64,000 nt of DNA from Bdellovibrio sp. Its GTDB lineage: Bacteria > Bdellovibrionota > Bdellovibrionia > Bdellovibrionales > Bdellovibrionaceae. Positions 9,293-20,430 of the stretch are shown here, in pieces (positions within the stretch are counted from its first letter, which is position 1; the number at the start of each line of letters is the position of its first letter). The stretch lies in assembly GCA_043721535.1 (NCBI GenBank), contig JAYSQO010000001.1, positions 19,626 to 83,625 of the forward strand, in the 5' to 3' direction. The notes beneath the pieces are model-generated. The model had not been told where the DNA came from. It did not search any database and was given only the letters and a program-made list of their open reading frames with translations. A program made the position numbers and the translations under genes.

Positions 9293-10597
9293 TTATTTAT
9301 ACTTTTTTAATATTCTTGGATCGACTTTAACTTCACTAAATAAAGTCCCAATCGTTTTTTGTGTTTCAAATTTAGAACTAGCTAATCTGTAAATTGACGA
9401 TTGAGCAATTTGAAAGTTTGATGAGTAACTACTTAAGTAGCCAAGAACTGATTCGAGTTCATATTTTTGGCCTTGCTCGATTCCACGCATAACGCTTTCA
9501 ATTATATTTTGATCTTTAACTAAGTTTTCAGAAGTCAGATTAAAAGTATCATTTAAACTTTTTAAGCTTAAATATGATGACTCTAAATCAAATTTCAAAT
9601 TATCAATAGTTGCGATGTTTTCACTTTCTGCTGCAGCTAAACTATTCGCACTAGCATTATTTCTGTAAACAACACCACCGTCTATTGAATATGATATTGA
9701 TAATCCAACATACTGGCTGCTAGATTCAGATCTATAATCATCCGACTTTGAAGAATTAAAGCTTGTTCCCACTTGTAGGTCAATACGAGGTCTAAATAAA
9801 CGACCTTTATCAGCTTCACGTTCATATTGAGCAGCTTCTAAGTTATATTTTGTGATGTTCACATCAGGACTATTGTTCATAGCCTCAGTTACAGCGGCAT
9901 CAGCGGTTTCAGGGATTTGAATCGAATTCGCCATTTTGTAGGTTGAATCAATTGATCCAAAATCAGCTTGTTCATTATATGAATAAAATTTTAAAGCCAC
10001 TGTATTTTGATTTATATTGTTTTTATACTGTTGAATATTAACTTTTTGGCTATCGATACGTTGTTGTAGCCTTTGCAATTGGTCTGTCGTTACAGCAATT
10101 TTTTTAGTTTTCTCTAATAGAAAAATATAGTTTGAATAAAACTTATAAAAAGTTATTGCATCTGACAAACTTAAATATGAATTAAAAATATTACTTGCTG
10201 TATCTGCATTTGTGTTTCTTATAAAAGAATTGCTTGAGTTATAAGTTGCATCCAAGGCTTTGAATCTGGCTTCTGCTGCTTTGACGCCAGCGACATCACT
10301 ACCGCCATTGTAGATATTTAAATTACTACCAACACCATATGAATGACTATTTGAACTGTTTGTCGAAAAGTCACTTTTGCTGCGCGACTGACCAAACGAA
10401 GATGAAATAGAAAGGCTTGGAGAATACACAGATATTTTCTGGGCTTTTAGTTGATCACTGGCAGATTGCATTCGTAAATTGATAGCTTCCGCATACCGAT
10501 TGTTTTCTAAACCGTACTTGATAAAATATTGAAGTGATTCGGCCATCGCCATTTGCGATATAAACATAAGTCCTAAAATAAGCTTAATCTTTTTCAT
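9293..10597 (-). CDS. TolC-family outer membrane protein
   Basis: Signal peptide and two OEP-like repeats (YSPSLSISSSFG...GVGSNLNIYNGG; FRPRIDLQVG...VGLSISYSIDGG). Confidence 0.8.
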   Translation of the reverse strand: MKKIKLILGLMFISQMAMAESLQYFIKYGLENNRYAEAINLRMQSASDQLKAQKISVYSPSLSISSSFGQSRSKSDFSTNSSNSHSYGVGSNLNIYNGGSDVAGVKAAEARFKALDATYNSSNSFIRNTNADTASNIFNSYLSLSDAITFYKFYSNYIFLLEKTKKIAVTTDQLQRLQQRIDSQKVNIQQYKNNINQNTVALKFYSYNEQADFGSIDSTYKMANSIQIPETADAAVTEAMNNSPDVNITKYNLEAAQYEREADKGRLFRPRIDLQVGTSFNSSKSDDYRSESSSQYVGLSISYSIDGGVVYRNNASANSLAAAESENIATIDNLKFDLESSYLSLKSLNDTFNLTSENLVKDQNIIESVMRGIEQGQKYELESVLGYLSSYSSNFQIAQSSIYRLASSKFETQKTIGTLFSEVKVDPRILKKYK

Positions 10598-10764
10598 GCA
10601 ATCACCTTACAAAAAATATTTAAATACTTCTACCGAACTGATTTAAGCTATTTTTGGACCATTTCAAATAGTTTATATGATTTATGGCGTATCAAAATTG
10701 TACAAGCCGTTTACAGTTAGGCGTAAATAGGAACAAAGCAATCTGTCACCCCTAATTGTCACAT

Positions 10765-10821
10765 TCTCATTATGAGACACTTTAGTTTCACTATATAAGA
10801 TCTGACTAGCTCAGGAATTGC
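10765..10821 (+). promoter_or_regulatory. Dyad TCTCA-N3-TGAGA plus a variant sigma54-like -24/-12 element
   Basis: TCTCATTATGAGA at 10765-10777 and TAGCTCAGGAATTGC at 10807-10821 (AG replaces GG); same spacing as the promoter at 34689-34746. Confidence 0.4.
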
Positions 10822-10851
10822 TCTTTAATAGTCTAAAGAGAGGTTCTCACC

Positions 10852-13623
10852 TTGAGACAATTTAAGAAGGCTTTATTTATTATTATTCAAATCATCATGG
10901 CAACAACATTTGTTGCGTCGATGTTTTCTAAGGTACATGCTCAGGCAGAACCAACAAATTTTGGCTCTGAAGCAATTCCATTTGTAGTGGATACTTCAAA
11001 AGATGAAAGTCATTTATTGCTTAGAAAAATCAGACAAGAACTTAACCAAGATATGAAATTATCCCAAGAACAAGCCACCAAAGACGGCGTTCTTAAATCA
11101 ACAGCAAAAACTTTTGTTCCAACAAGTGCGGCGTTTGCTGCGGCTGGCGGATTGATTTACTTCACACAATTAATGACTTTAACACACTCAGATCCAACTT
11201 TAATGATCAAGCATTTTGAGTCATTAAAAGATCCTATCGGTCATGTTTCCTTTGGAATGTTCATGATATCACAGGGTCTTTACATTGATTTTAAAACTAA
11301 ACATTTAGACCCGATGACTAAATCATTAATGATGAGAAAATTAATGTACAAAGGTATGGCGATAGGATCATTGGCTTCAACCATCACTGCTGATGTTTTA
11401 ACAACACTTAAATCATGTACCACAGGATGGATCGAAAACAAAAATGATGAGGCTTCTCACGCGGCCTGTGATCAAGCCCTTGAACAATGGACATTAAGAA
11501 ATAAAACAACACAGTATGTTCCCCAAGTCATGTCATTATTATTTACACAATTAATTACTGACAGTATTGAATTAGCACTTCATAAAGGTAAATCAACAAA
11601 ATCATATAAGAAATCAATATCTGCTACAGACAACAAAATATCAGAAGTTTTTCAACTTACAGGCGCTGCTGTAACTATGATCGTTACACCTGGTGGTCCT
11701 GTTGTCAAAGCTGTTAAATGGCTAGGTAATCTTGGTAAGTTCGGAATGTTTTTAACGGTCGATCATTTTGTTACACCGTCAGTTACAAGATTCGGAAATA
11801 ACTTGTTGCAACCTGTTCTTTTTGAAAACAATAGATTGTCTATTAATAGTTTAATCAAACAATCTAGCGAAAAGAAAAAACTCGCTACAGATTTTCATAA
11901 ACAAATTTTATCTGTGACTGCAAACATGCTGAAATGGCGTGGCCACTTAAACGGCAAAAACGAATTAGATTTAATGGGCTGGAATGAGGCAACAAATAAA
12001 TTATTACATCAAATTAATTATGCAAAAACTTTCTATTCAAAATTTATTGAAAATGTATTTGAAACTAAATACAGACAGTCTTTAATTAACCAAGGTGTTT
12101 TTAGTCAATACCCAGATCGCGCTTGGGCATTGCAAAACAAATATCCCTTAAGAACATTGCCGCTTATGGGTGTTACTCCTCTTAAATTACCCAATAATAT
12201 GAACGCAAATGATGCCTATTTAACAATTGCTTATGATATTGAATCTTCGCAAAGTGAAAATATTTTTAAACAAGTTAAAACATTTAAAAATAATTTGGTT
12301 GAATCAAAAATGCTACAGTTTTCTAAAGATAAACTAAATCAATTATTAAATGCACTGTTAGTTCAAGATTACACAAAGCAAGGCCGTGGACTGTATGAAA
12401 TTAACCGTTTATTAATGCTTTATGAAAAACCAATTTACTACGGAAAAGATTCTTACAAAGGGAATCCCTATTTAAATTCCTATGAAGAAGAATTTTTAAC
12501 TCAGTTTAGAAAATCATTAGGTGACCCAAGACCTCAATTTGTCGAAGGTGCTTCATACGCTGTGGCTTTTGATACGCATACTCAGAACTATGATGTAGCT
12601 AAGACAGCTGACTTTGATCTTTCAAGTTTATTTAAATATGGCTTTGTAAAGCCAAGTGATCTCATGATTTACCAAATGATTTGTGGTGCTAACTATTTTA
12701 AAATTAATGAAGGTATCTTATCTGCGTTTACAGTTGAAACTCCTCGTATTATAAATTCAAAAACTCCGATTGAACTTTGTGAAAAAAGTATAACCAACTC
12801 AATAAATACAAAAAGTTTATACAGTCATGAAATCACGGTAGACGGCCAAAAATATGAAAACGTCACTCGACTTTTGATGTCTAAGTTAGATCCATCTATA
12901 TTAGGTGATACAACTGATAAAAATTTACTAATGAAAAACTTCAATACATGGTGGGCACAGCAAATTATGCCAGACTTAACCAGATCTTTAAAAAGTTTAG
13001 ATCAAAGATATGCCGTTATTGTTGATAGAACATACCAACAGATAATTAATAATAAAGGTAACGTGGACAACGCTTTAGACTGGATTGCAAAAACAGATTA
13101 TTTAGGCGCAGATATCGAAGACAACTTAAAAATTGAATTAGAATTCTACTTAAAAACACTGGAAATGATTTTAACTGAAAACTACAAACACAAGGGCAAC
13201 TACTTTGATCAAGTGGCTTTATCTGCAGTATCAAAAAATTGCACTTTATTAAAAAACTCTAAAGTGATCTTATTAAAACAAAAATACACTGGCTTATTTA
13301 ATTTATTCCATCAAAAAACAGTTTCTTTTGATTCAGCCAATACCATTTATCAGTCAACAGAAGAGGAACTACAAAACTTTTTTGCACCTTTTGAATCTGA
13401 ATTTTCAAACGTGAATGAGCAATCAAAAGAAGATATTAAGTCTGCACTAGAAATTTATAAGGGGCTTAATTCAGTTCTAGGCGAAGCCCATCGTTATGTG
13501 ATGATGAAAGTACAGCTTGAGCAGAAGCTTTCAGCAGACGTTGCAGTGCTGAATCGACAGCTTAAAGAACAACAAAAGAAAGCGATTCAAACAAAAAGAG
13601 GATCCGCTGTTAACAGTTTATGA
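10852..13623 (+). CDS. Large secreted or membrane-associated hypothetical protein (923 aa)
   Basis: Long ORF with a TTG start after a GAGAGG SD, an N-terminal signal (…KVHAQA) and hydrophobic segments in the first third. No family recognised. Confidence 0.8.
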   Translation: MRQFKKALFIIIQIIMATTFVASMFSKVHAQAEPTNFGSEAIPFVVDTSKDESHLLLRKIRQELNQDMKLSQEQATKDGVLKSTAKTFVPTSAAFAAAGGLIYFTQLMTLTHSDPTLMIKHFESLKDPIGHVSFGMFMISQGLYIDFKTKHLDPMTKSLMMRKLMYKGMAIGSLASTITADVLTTLKSCTTGWIENKNDEASHAACDQALEQWTLRNKTTQYVPQVMSLLFTQLITDSIELALHKGKSTKSYKKSISATDNKISEVFQLTGAAVTMIVTPGGPVVKAVKWLGNLGKFGMFLTVDHFVTPSVTRFGNNLLQPVLFENNRLSINSLIKQSSEKKKLATDFHKQILSVTANMLKWRGHLNGKNELDLMGWNEATNKLLHQINYAKTFYSKFIENVFETKYRQSLINQGVFSQYPDRAWALQNKYPLRTLPLMGVTPLKLPNNMNANDAYLTIAYDIESSQSENIFKQVKTFKNNLVESKMLQFSKDKLNQLLNALLVQDYTKQGRGLYEINRLLMLYEKPIYYGKDSYKGNPYLNSYEEEFLTQFRKSLGDPRPQFVEGASYAVAFDTHTQNYDVAKTADFDLSSLFKYGFVKPSDLMIYQMICGANYFKINEGILSAFTVETPRIINSKTPIELCEKSITNSINTKSLYSHEITVDGQKYENVTRLLMSKLDPSILGDTTDKNLLMKNFNTWWAQQIMPDLTRSLKSLDQRYAVIVDRTYQQIINNKGNVDNALDWIAKTDYLGADIEDNLKIELEFYLKTLEMILTENYKHKGNYFDQVALSAVSKNCTLLKNSKVILLKQKYTGLFNLFHQKTVSFDSANTIYQSTEEELQNFFAPFESEFSNVNEQSKEDIKSALEIYKGLNSVLGEAHRYVMMKVQLEQKLSADVAVLNRQLKEQQKKAIQTKRGSAVNSL

Positions 13624-13715
13624 TCCTTGTTAATAAGTTAGACACTGAACACGCATACAATTGTTTTAAAACGGTCCAGAATTTGAATATTAACTAAAGA
13701 AGTAGAGGTAAATAT

Positions 13716-14291
13716 ATGAAAAGTCTTATTATCACATTAGCAGTCGTTTTAGCATCACAAGCCTACGCTGGCCCGAAAACAGCTCCTAAAGTAGCTACTT
13801 TGGCTGAATCAAAAGCTTATATTGAATCTACAACTAGTCTAAAAAAATATAAAGAAGCTGCGGAGTCAGGCCGTTTAGGCGAAATAGCTAAAAAAGAAAT
13901 GGCTAAATATTTTGAAGCGGCTACTGAGTCTTTATCTGGAATCAGCGCCACTCATTTAGAGGTTTTAACATCTATACGCCCTGAAAGTTTAGCTAAAGTT
14001 GTCCACCTTATTAATTTAACTAAAAATGGAAAACCTGAAGAAAAAATTAAAGCTGAAAAAGATCTTCAATTGTTATCTTTATCTGGCAAATACACTAACA
14101 TGAGCAAAATCGAAGCTGAAACAATGGAAAAAATCACAGAAATGGCTGATTACAACGAGGCTGCAAAAGCTTTTAAAACTGAAATGGTCAAAGCTTTGGA
14201 ATTAAATATTGCAAGAAACATTACTGAAGCTATTTCGACTGCTTCTAAAGGTAAAATCACTTTAGACCAAATCAAAAGCTGCATGATCTAA
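13716..14291 (+). CDS. Secreted alpha-helical hypothetical protein
   Basis: SD GAGG, signal peptide MKSLIITLAVVLASQAYA, A/K/E-rich helical composition. Confidence 0.85.
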   Translation: MKSLIITLAVVLASQAYAGPKTAPKVATLAESKAYIESTTSLKKYKEAAESGRLGEIAKKEMAKYFEAATESLSGISATHLEVLTSIRPESLAKVVHLINLTKNGKPEEKIKAEKDLQLLSLSGKYTNMSKIEAETMEKITEMADYNEAAKAFKTEMVKALELNIARNITEAISTASKGKITLDQIKSCMI

Positions 14292-14322
14292 CTTTTTAGT
14301 TTCGATAATTAGCTCTCAAAAC

Positions 14323-14360
14323 AAAGCAAACTGCTTCTAAAAAGAACAGTTTGCTTTTTT
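14323..14360 (+). terminator. Rho-independent terminator
   Basis: AAAGCAAACTG…CAGTTTGCTTT stem followed by a T-run, 30 nt after the stop. Confidence 0.8.
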
Positions 14361-14384
14361 GTTATGTTGCCATACACTATTTAG

Positions 14385-14954
14385 GTGAATTCAATCGACC
14401 TATCCCTATTTAAATTAATCTACTTTGATTCGGCCAATCCGACATTTGATCAAATTATGCCAATTATAACAGATTTACATAAAATCAACGGTTTCATTAT
14501 CCCTGTTATTGTTTTATTTATTGCATTTTTTATTTATAAATTTAAAAGAGCAGGCGTTACTTATTTTATTTTTTTACTTTTGTCTTTATCGCTGAATGAT
14601 TTTATCGGCGCACAGGTTAAACATGCCGTCCAAAGAGAACGCCCCTATCAAAATACAGAATTAAGCGTGATTCAAAAAAGTCCAGCCCATGATGGAAAAA
14701 GTTTTTATTCTAATCATGCATCTAATATGTTTTGTTTAGCTGCCTATACAGGTTCGTTCTTTCCTCAAGCTAAGCTATTACTTATTCCATTCGCTGTGAT
14801 TATAGCTTATTCCCGTGTTTACAACGGTGTTCATTACCCGTCTGATGTATTAGCTGGTGCACTGGCTGGCATTTTGATCGGCTTAGCCATTGCCTATTTA
14901 GCCAAAAACAAAGTCGCCCAATACGTAAAAAGAAAATCTGGTGACCCCTCGTGA
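14385..14954 (+). CDS. PAP2-family phosphatase
   Basis: KxxxxRxRP (KHAVQRERP), SFYSNHA and SRVYNGVHYPSDV motifs. Confidence 0.92.
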   Translation: MNSIDLSLFKLIYFDSANPTFDQIMPIITDLHKINGFIIPVIVLFIAFFIYKFKRAGVTYFIFLLLSLSLNDFIGAQVKHAVQRERPYQNTELSVIQKSPAHDGKSFYSNHASNMFCLAAYTGSFFPQAKLLLIPFAVIIAYSRVYNGVHYPSDVLAGALAGILIGLAIAYLAKNKVAQYVKRKSGDPS

Positions 14955-15931
14955 AGGTTTTAGTCACTGGCGCCAACGGATTTTTAGGTTCATGGTTGTG
15001 CCAGCGTTTACAGGCCGAAGGCCATGATGTCACAGCTCTAGTTAGAAAAAGCAGTGATTTATCTGAAATTGAAACCTTAAAACTAAAATTAACTTATGGT
15101 GATGTGACTGATAAATCGTCTTTAAAATCTGCTTTTAAAAATAAAGATTATATTTTTCATTTAGCCGGCGTAGTCGCTTACAAAAAAGAAGATCGCGCCT
15201 TAATGGATAAAGTAAATGTCGATGGCACACAAAATGTCGTTGATGTTTTATCTGGCCAGCAACAGGCAAAACTTTTGCATTTATCATCAGTTGTGGCTGT
15301 GGGCGCGACATTCAAGCCGACTGTGCAAAATGAAGATTCTGAATATCTCATCGGAAAATATAATTTAGGTTACTTTGAAACGAAAAGAAAAGCAGAAGCT
15401 ATTGTCATTGCAGCAGCTAAAAAAAAAATAATTCATGCGATTTGTATTAACCCCAGCACAATATATGGACCAGGTGATGCCAAAAAAGGAAGTCGCCAAA
15501 CCCAAGTTAAAGTCGCCCAAGGAAAATTTCCGTTTTACACAGGTGGTGGTGTTAATGTTGTTGCTGTTGAAGATGTTGTTGATGGGATTATCAAAGCCCT
15601 CACCAAAGGTCGTAACGGTGAACGTTATATTTTGGCAGCTGATAACATTACAATTAAAGATCTTTTTAAATCAATTGCTTGTTTAGCAGGTCAAAAAAAT
15701 CCATCGATCTATCTGCCATTTCCAGTACTTAAGTTGATAGGGCTCATAGGAGATTTGACAAAAAAAGGTGTCTCCGTTGAAAATGCTTACACAGCCAGTA
15801 TGTATCACTGGTTCGATTCGTCTAAAGCTCAGACTGAATTAGGTTTTGAACCAAAACCTTCAGTTGTCGCTATAGAAAAAAGTGTACGCTGGATGAAAGA
15901 GCACGGTTACTTGGATGAGCATCTGAAATGA
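14951..15931 (+). CDS. NAD-dependent epimerase/dehydratase (extended SDR)
   Basis: TGANGFLG Rossmann motif, YFETK (YxxxK); GTGA overlap with the PAP2 gene. Confidence 0.9.
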   Translation: MKVLVTGANGFLGSWLCQRLQAEGHDVTALVRKSSDLSEIETLKLKLTYGDVTDKSSLKSAFKNKDYIFHLAGVVAYKKEDRALMDKVNVDGTQNVVDVLSGQQQAKLLHLSSVVAVGATFKPTVQNEDSEYLIGKYNLGYFETKRKAEAIVIAAAKKKIIHAICINPSTIYGPGDAKKGSRQTQVKVAQGKFPFYTGGGVNVVAVEDVVDGIIKALTKGRNGERYILAADNITIKDLFKSIACLAGQKNPSIYLPFPVLKLIGLIGDLTKKGVSVENAYTASMYHWFDSSKAQTELGFEPKPSVVAIEKSVRWMKEHGYLDEHLK

Positions 15932-16833
15932 AAAAAATTGTTATTTATGTTTTGTCAGCATTAGCACTGGCTGTGCTGTTTGTTTATATTCAAATCCCGT
16001 CTGAAACAAAAATAAAAAGTTGTTTTAAGACATCGCTCTATGATGTTGAGCTTTGCTCAAATTCAAAAAATTATGTAAAGCTAAATAATATTTCTTCGAC
16101 ATTACAAAGAACAATATTAATCACTGAAGATGCAGGTTTCTATACCCACAGCGGCTTTGACCAGGAAGGCATTCAACACTGTTTTCAAAAAATGAAAGAA
16201 AAGCTCAGAATCGTCTGTGGTGGGTCAACAATCACACAACAGTTGGCAAAAAATTTATTTTTAAGCCGCGATAAAACTTTTTACAGAAAAGGTCTTGAAG
16301 CCCTAATCACAATGAAACTTGAAAGCACATTAACAAAAAAAGAAATCTTAGAAAAATATTTAAATGTTGTTCAGTTTGGAAAAAATATTTTTGGTATTAA
16401 ACAAGCTGCCTTTTTCTACTTCAAAAAAACCCCGGCTCAGCTAGATGCTGTAGAATCTGCTTTTTTAGCGATGATTCTACCTAATCCCGAAAAATATTCT
16501 CAGTCTTACTATCGAAAAGATTTAACCAGATTTGCCAGAAATCGCATTTTAAGAATTATCAATGATATGTACCGTTACAAGGCGATAGGTTCTGACGGTT
16601 ATATTGCTGCCTTAAACAAAGTGGATTATTTTTTAAGTTCCGGTCAAAAATCAGTGAATGCTGATCCTTTACAAATTTCAGATGAAGATTTGTCTGAAAT
16701 GAAAAATGAAGAATTATCTTTGGAAACTATAGATACAGTCTCAAAAGATTCAAATACCCCTTCTGATCCTGACTTATCAGTTTCAGAAGAGGAACAAGAG
16801 CTTGAAAAAACTTTTGACGAAATGACAGAATAG
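15928..16833 (+). CDS. mtgA: Monofunctional peptidoglycan glycosyltransferase (GT51, MtgA-like) with an acidic tail
   Basis: EDAGFYTHSGFD, GGSTITQQLAKNLF, RKGLE, ILEKYLN motifs; no transpeptidase domain. Confidence 0.88.
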   Translation: MKKIVIYVLSALALAVLFVYIQIPSETKIKSCFKTSLYDVELCSNSKNYVKLNNISSTLQRTILITEDAGFYTHSGFDQEGIQHCFQKMKEKLRIVCGGSTITQQLAKNLFLSRDKTFYRKGLEALITMKLESTLTKKEILEKYLNVVQFGKNIFGIKQAAFFYFKKTPAQLDAVESAFLAMILPNPEKYSQSYYRKDLTRFARNRILRIINDMYRYKAIGSDGYIAALNKVDYFLSSGQKSVNADPLQISDEDLSEMKNEELSLETIDTVSKDSNTPSDPDLSVSEEEQELEKTFDEMTE

Positions 16834-16836
16834 CTA

Positions 16837-18660
16837 TTAGTCTTTATTCGTTTTTTGTGGTTTAGGTCGTTTATGTGGATCTAATTCACGGCAACGAATA
16901 CGAATATTCTTAGGTGTGACTTCGATCAGCTCAGAATCTTTAATCCATTCCATAGCCTGTTCTAACGACATCGCCTTAACCGGAACTAAACGAATCGCTT
17001 CATCAGCACCAGACGCACGAACGTTTGTTAATTTTTTCTCTTCGCAGATATTAACAACCATATCGTTATCTTTAGCATTTTCACCGACGATCATGCCTTC
17101 GTAAACTTCTTGAACGGGCTGTACAAACATACGACCACGTTCTTGTTTAAACCAAATTGCATAAGCTGTTGTGAAGCCTTTACGATCGGCAACCATAGCA
17201 CCATTAAGGCGAGAATTAATTTCTCCGCGGTAGTCATCCCAACCATCAAAGTTCGTGTTTAATAAACCCGTACCACGCGTATCAGTTAAAAATTCAGATC
17301 TATAACCGATTAGACCACGTGAAGGAATTCTAAATTCTAACCGTGTACGACCAGATCCTTTTTGAACCATGTTTGTCATAATCCCTTTACGTGCACCTAA
17401 CTTTTCAGTCACGGCACCAACATACGGATCTTCGATATCAATAACTGCATGTTCCATCGGTTCTAATTTTTTGCCATTTTCTTCTTTAAAAATAACTTGT
17501 GGTTTAGAAACTAATAATTCGAAACCTTCACGGCGCATTTGCTCGATCAAAACACCTAATTGTAATTCACCACGACCGATCACTTTAAAAGCATCAGTTG
17601 CCGATGTTTTTTCTACGCGAATAGCCACGTTATATAATAATTCTTTTTCTAAACGTTCTAGAATTTTTCTAGACGTCACTTGTTTACCTTCCATGCCTGC
17701 AAACGGTCCATTGTTAACAGAGAAAATCATTCCAACTGTTGGTTCATCTACAGTGATACGTGGTAACGGACGTGGATCAACAGCTGAAGTGATCGTGTCA
17801 CCGATTGTGAAATCTTCAAGACCGGCAACGATAGCGATATCTCCTGCACCAATTTCTTGAACAGGAATTTGTGAATTGATGTGGTAAGAAAATAATGCAG
17901 AAACTTTAACTTTTTTCTGACCTTTTTCTTGAACGCAAACAACTTCATCGCCAACTTTGATTGTACCAGAACGTACACGACCAATCGCTAAACGACCAAC
18001 GTATTCATTATAACCAATGTTAGAAACCATGATTTGCAATGGATGTTCGATATCTACTGTTGGTGGTGGAACTAAATTTACGATCGCATCGTAAAGGCAT
18101 TCTAATGATGTTGTTTTTACGTTTGGATCAAGTGTGGCCATGCCTTCACGCGCGATAGAATAAATAGTGTGAAAATCACATTGTTCTTCATTGGCATCTA
18201 GATCGATAAATAGATCGAAAATTTCATTATGCACTTCTTGAATACGTGCATCGGGACGGTCGATCTTGTTGACACAGACAATAATTTTTAAATTTTGTTC
18301 TAAAGCTTTTTTCAAAACGAAACGAGTTTGTGGAAGTGGGCCTTCAGAAGCATCACAAAGAATAATTGCTCCATCAACCATGTTTAATACGCGTTCAACT
18401 TCTCCGCCGAAATCACTATGTCCCGGAGTATCGACGATATTAATTTTAATATCCTTGTAAGTGAATGATGCATTTTTTGCTGCGATTGTGATTCCGCGTT
18501 CTTTTTCAAGATCCATTGAATCCATTAGCCGTTCTTCAACTTGTTGGTTGTCACGGAACATACCTGCTTGACGAATTAAATGATCGACCAGTGTTGTTTT
18601 ACCGTGATCGACGTGGGCAATAATTGCGATATTTCTAATTTTCTTCGGATCTTGAACCAT
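16837..18660 (-). CDS. typA: Translational GTPase TypA/BipA
   Basis: [54 protein letters not shown]. Confidence 0.98.
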   Translation of the reverse strand: MVQDPKKIRNIAIIAHVDHGKTTLVDHLIRQAGMFRDNQQVEERLMDSMDLEKERGITIAAKNASFTYKDIKINIVDTPGHSDFGGEVERVLNMVDGAIILCDASEGPLPQTRFVLKKALEQNLKIIVCVNKIDRPDARIQEVHNEIFDLFIDLDANEEQCDFHTIYSIAREGMATLDPNVKTTSLECLYDAIVNLVPPPTVDIEHPLQIMVSNIGYNEYVGRLAIGRVRSGTIKVGDEVVCVQEKGQKKVKVSALFSYHINSQIPVQEIGAGDIAIVAGLEDFTIGDTITSAVDPRPLPRITVDEPTVGMIFSVNNGPFAGMEGKQVTSRKILERLEKELLYNVAIRVEKTSATDAFKVIGRGELQLGVLIEQMRREGFELLVSKPQVIFKEENGKKLEPMEHAVIDIEDPYVGAVTEKLGARKGIMTNMVQKGSGRTRLEFRIPSRGLIGYRSEFLTDTRGTGLLNTNFDGWDDYRGEINSRLNGAMVADRKGFTTAYAIWFKQERGRMFVQPVQEVYEGMIVGENAKDNDMVVNICEEKKLTNVRASGADEAIRLVPVKAMSLEQAMEWIKDSELIEVTPKNIRIRCRELDPHKRPKPQKTNKD

Positions 18661-18694
18661 TTTGTTTCCTTCTTTGTTTTATAAAAATTACGAA

Positions 18695-19744
18695 CTAACC
18701 GTGCCCACCCATAAGAAAATTTTCATGAGATGTATCAGCTTGCTCAATGTCAGAGATTGATCGAAAGAAGCTTAGCGCACAAGACAAGACTTCGTCATTA
18801 TTCTTCAGCTGAAAAATGTCTTTTCTAAATTGGGCCGCACCGGGATAACCCGTCGAGAACCAAGAAGCAAACTTTTTAAGCTGGATATTGAGGATATGGT
18901 CACTGCAGTTTTTTTGAAAAGCTAAGTGCAGCTCAGTAAAAATACTATGATAATTTCTCTTTAAATCCATTCTAATGGGTTCATTTTTCCATAAGCTTAA
19001 AGCATCAGCAAAAATCAGAGGGTTTTTCAAAGCTCCCCGACCAATCAATACCCCATCACAGCCTGATTCTTTTAATCTTAAGACTGCTTTTTGTGCAGTC
19101 AGAATATCACCATTACCAAGGATGGGTATTTTGGATTTTGCCTTAATATCTGTAATAAATTCCCAATCGGCAAGACCTGAGTACCCTTGGGCCCGCGTCC
19201 GGCCATGAATAGCGACCCAAGTGATCCCTTCATCATAGGCTAACTGGCAAACATCCAATGCATTTCTTTGGGTTTGATCCCAACCCGTACGAATTTTTAT
19301 TGTGACAGGAATTTTCACTGATTTTACACAAGACGATAAAACTTTTTTCATCAGACCAAGATCTTTGAGCATTGCTGATCCTGCGCCTTTTTTCACGACT
19401 TTAGGAACTGGGCATCCAAAATTTAAATCCACAAAATCAGCGCCGTGGGCTTCGGCCACTTGGGCTGCACGACCTAAAAGTTCTGGATCTTCACCAAAAA
19501 GCTGAATGCCAATAGGGCGTTGGCTTTCGTCGTAACTCATTAAAGCTAAAGTTCTTTCAGATTTGTATTCGATTCCTGCAGCAGAAATTAATTCAGTCAC
19601 TACGACACTGGCATCTAATTTTCGCATAAATGTACGAAAAGCATGATCAGTGATTCCTGCCATAGGTGCCAATACAAATGGATTTTTTTTCAAAGCATCA
19701 AGTGGATGTATTTTTTGATGTATGTTTTTTGCTTGCGAAGACAT
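18695..19744 (-). CDS. dusB: tRNA-dihydrouridine synthase (DusB-like)
   Basis: LAPMAGITD, DLNFGCPVPKV, AIHGRT, GNGDI, IGRGAL. Confidence 0.92.
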   Translation of the reverse strand: MSSQAKNIHQKIHPLDALKKNPFVLAPMAGITDHAFRTFMRKLDASVVVTELISAAGIEYKSERTLALMSYDESQRPIGIQLFGEDPELLGRAAQVAEAHGADFVDLNFGCPVPKVVKKGAGSAMLKDLGLMKKVLSSCVKSVKIPVTIKIRTGWDQTQRNALDVCQLAYDEGITWVAIHGRTRAQGYSGLADWEFITDIKAKSKIPILGNGDILTAQKAVLRLKESGCDGVLIGRGALKNPLIFADALSLWKNEPIRMDLKRNYHSIFTELHLAFQKNCSDHILNIQLKKFASWFSTGYPGAAQFRKDIFQLKNNDEVLSCALSFFRSISDIEQADTSHENFLMGGHG

Positions 19745-19781
19745 TCAGGCTTTATGCCAAAGCCTGAATCAGGGGTCAAGT

Positions 19782-20381
19782 TTATAACCAAGTTAAACGA
19801 TTTTCAGTCTGTCGCAAAGCCTTCGGTGGATTGTGATCCGGATAGCCAATAACAACTGCACACAGTAATTCAAGCTGACCATTTTGGTATTCAGGTAATT
19901 TTTTAACTCCTAAAAATTGATCGACTTCAGCTTTAATTTCTAAGGGCGCACCCATCGTGCAACAGCCCAGTCCTTCGATTTGACAAGCTAAGTTGATATT
20001 CTGCACAGCCATATACACGCTGCCAATGCTAGTGTGATATCTTTCTTCAGCGGAATTTTCTGAATAAGCAAAAACAACGACTGGTGCATCACCTAAAGTG
20101 TAAAAAAATCTTTCAGTCAATTGATACAAAGAGGGTTTTAATTTTTTCTGAAGAATTTCCTTTATGCCAAGCCATGATTTCTGTGAATATTTTAGGTACT
20201 CATTTTTTTTATCGCCTTGGATGATAAAAAACCGCCAATTTTGTCGATTTTTACCTGAAGGCGCATGAAAAGCAGCGTCGTTAAAAATACGTTCTAGAAC
20301 ATCACGTGGAACAGCTTGATTTTTAAATTGACGAATAGATTTGCGACTTTGGACGAGTTCATAAAATTCTGTTTTCGTCAT
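19782..20381 (-). CDS. Nitroreductase family protein
   Basis: RKSIRQF, HAPSGKNRQNWRF, GLGCCTMG, VVIGYP. Confidence 0.92.
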   Translation of the reverse strand: MTKTEFYELVQSRKSIRQFKNQAVPRDVLERIFNDAAFHAPSGKNRQNWRFFIIQGDKKNEYLKYSQKSWLGIKEILQKKLKPSLYQLTERFFYTLGDAPVVVFAYSENSAEERYHTSIGSVYMAVQNINLACQIEGLGCCTMGAPLEIKAEVDQFLGVKKLPEYQNGQLELLCAVVIGYPDHNPPKALRQTENRLTWL

Positions 20382-20430
20382 TTGACCCCCACAGCGTATT
20401 GCCCCAATATATAACCTATATGGTAGCTAT

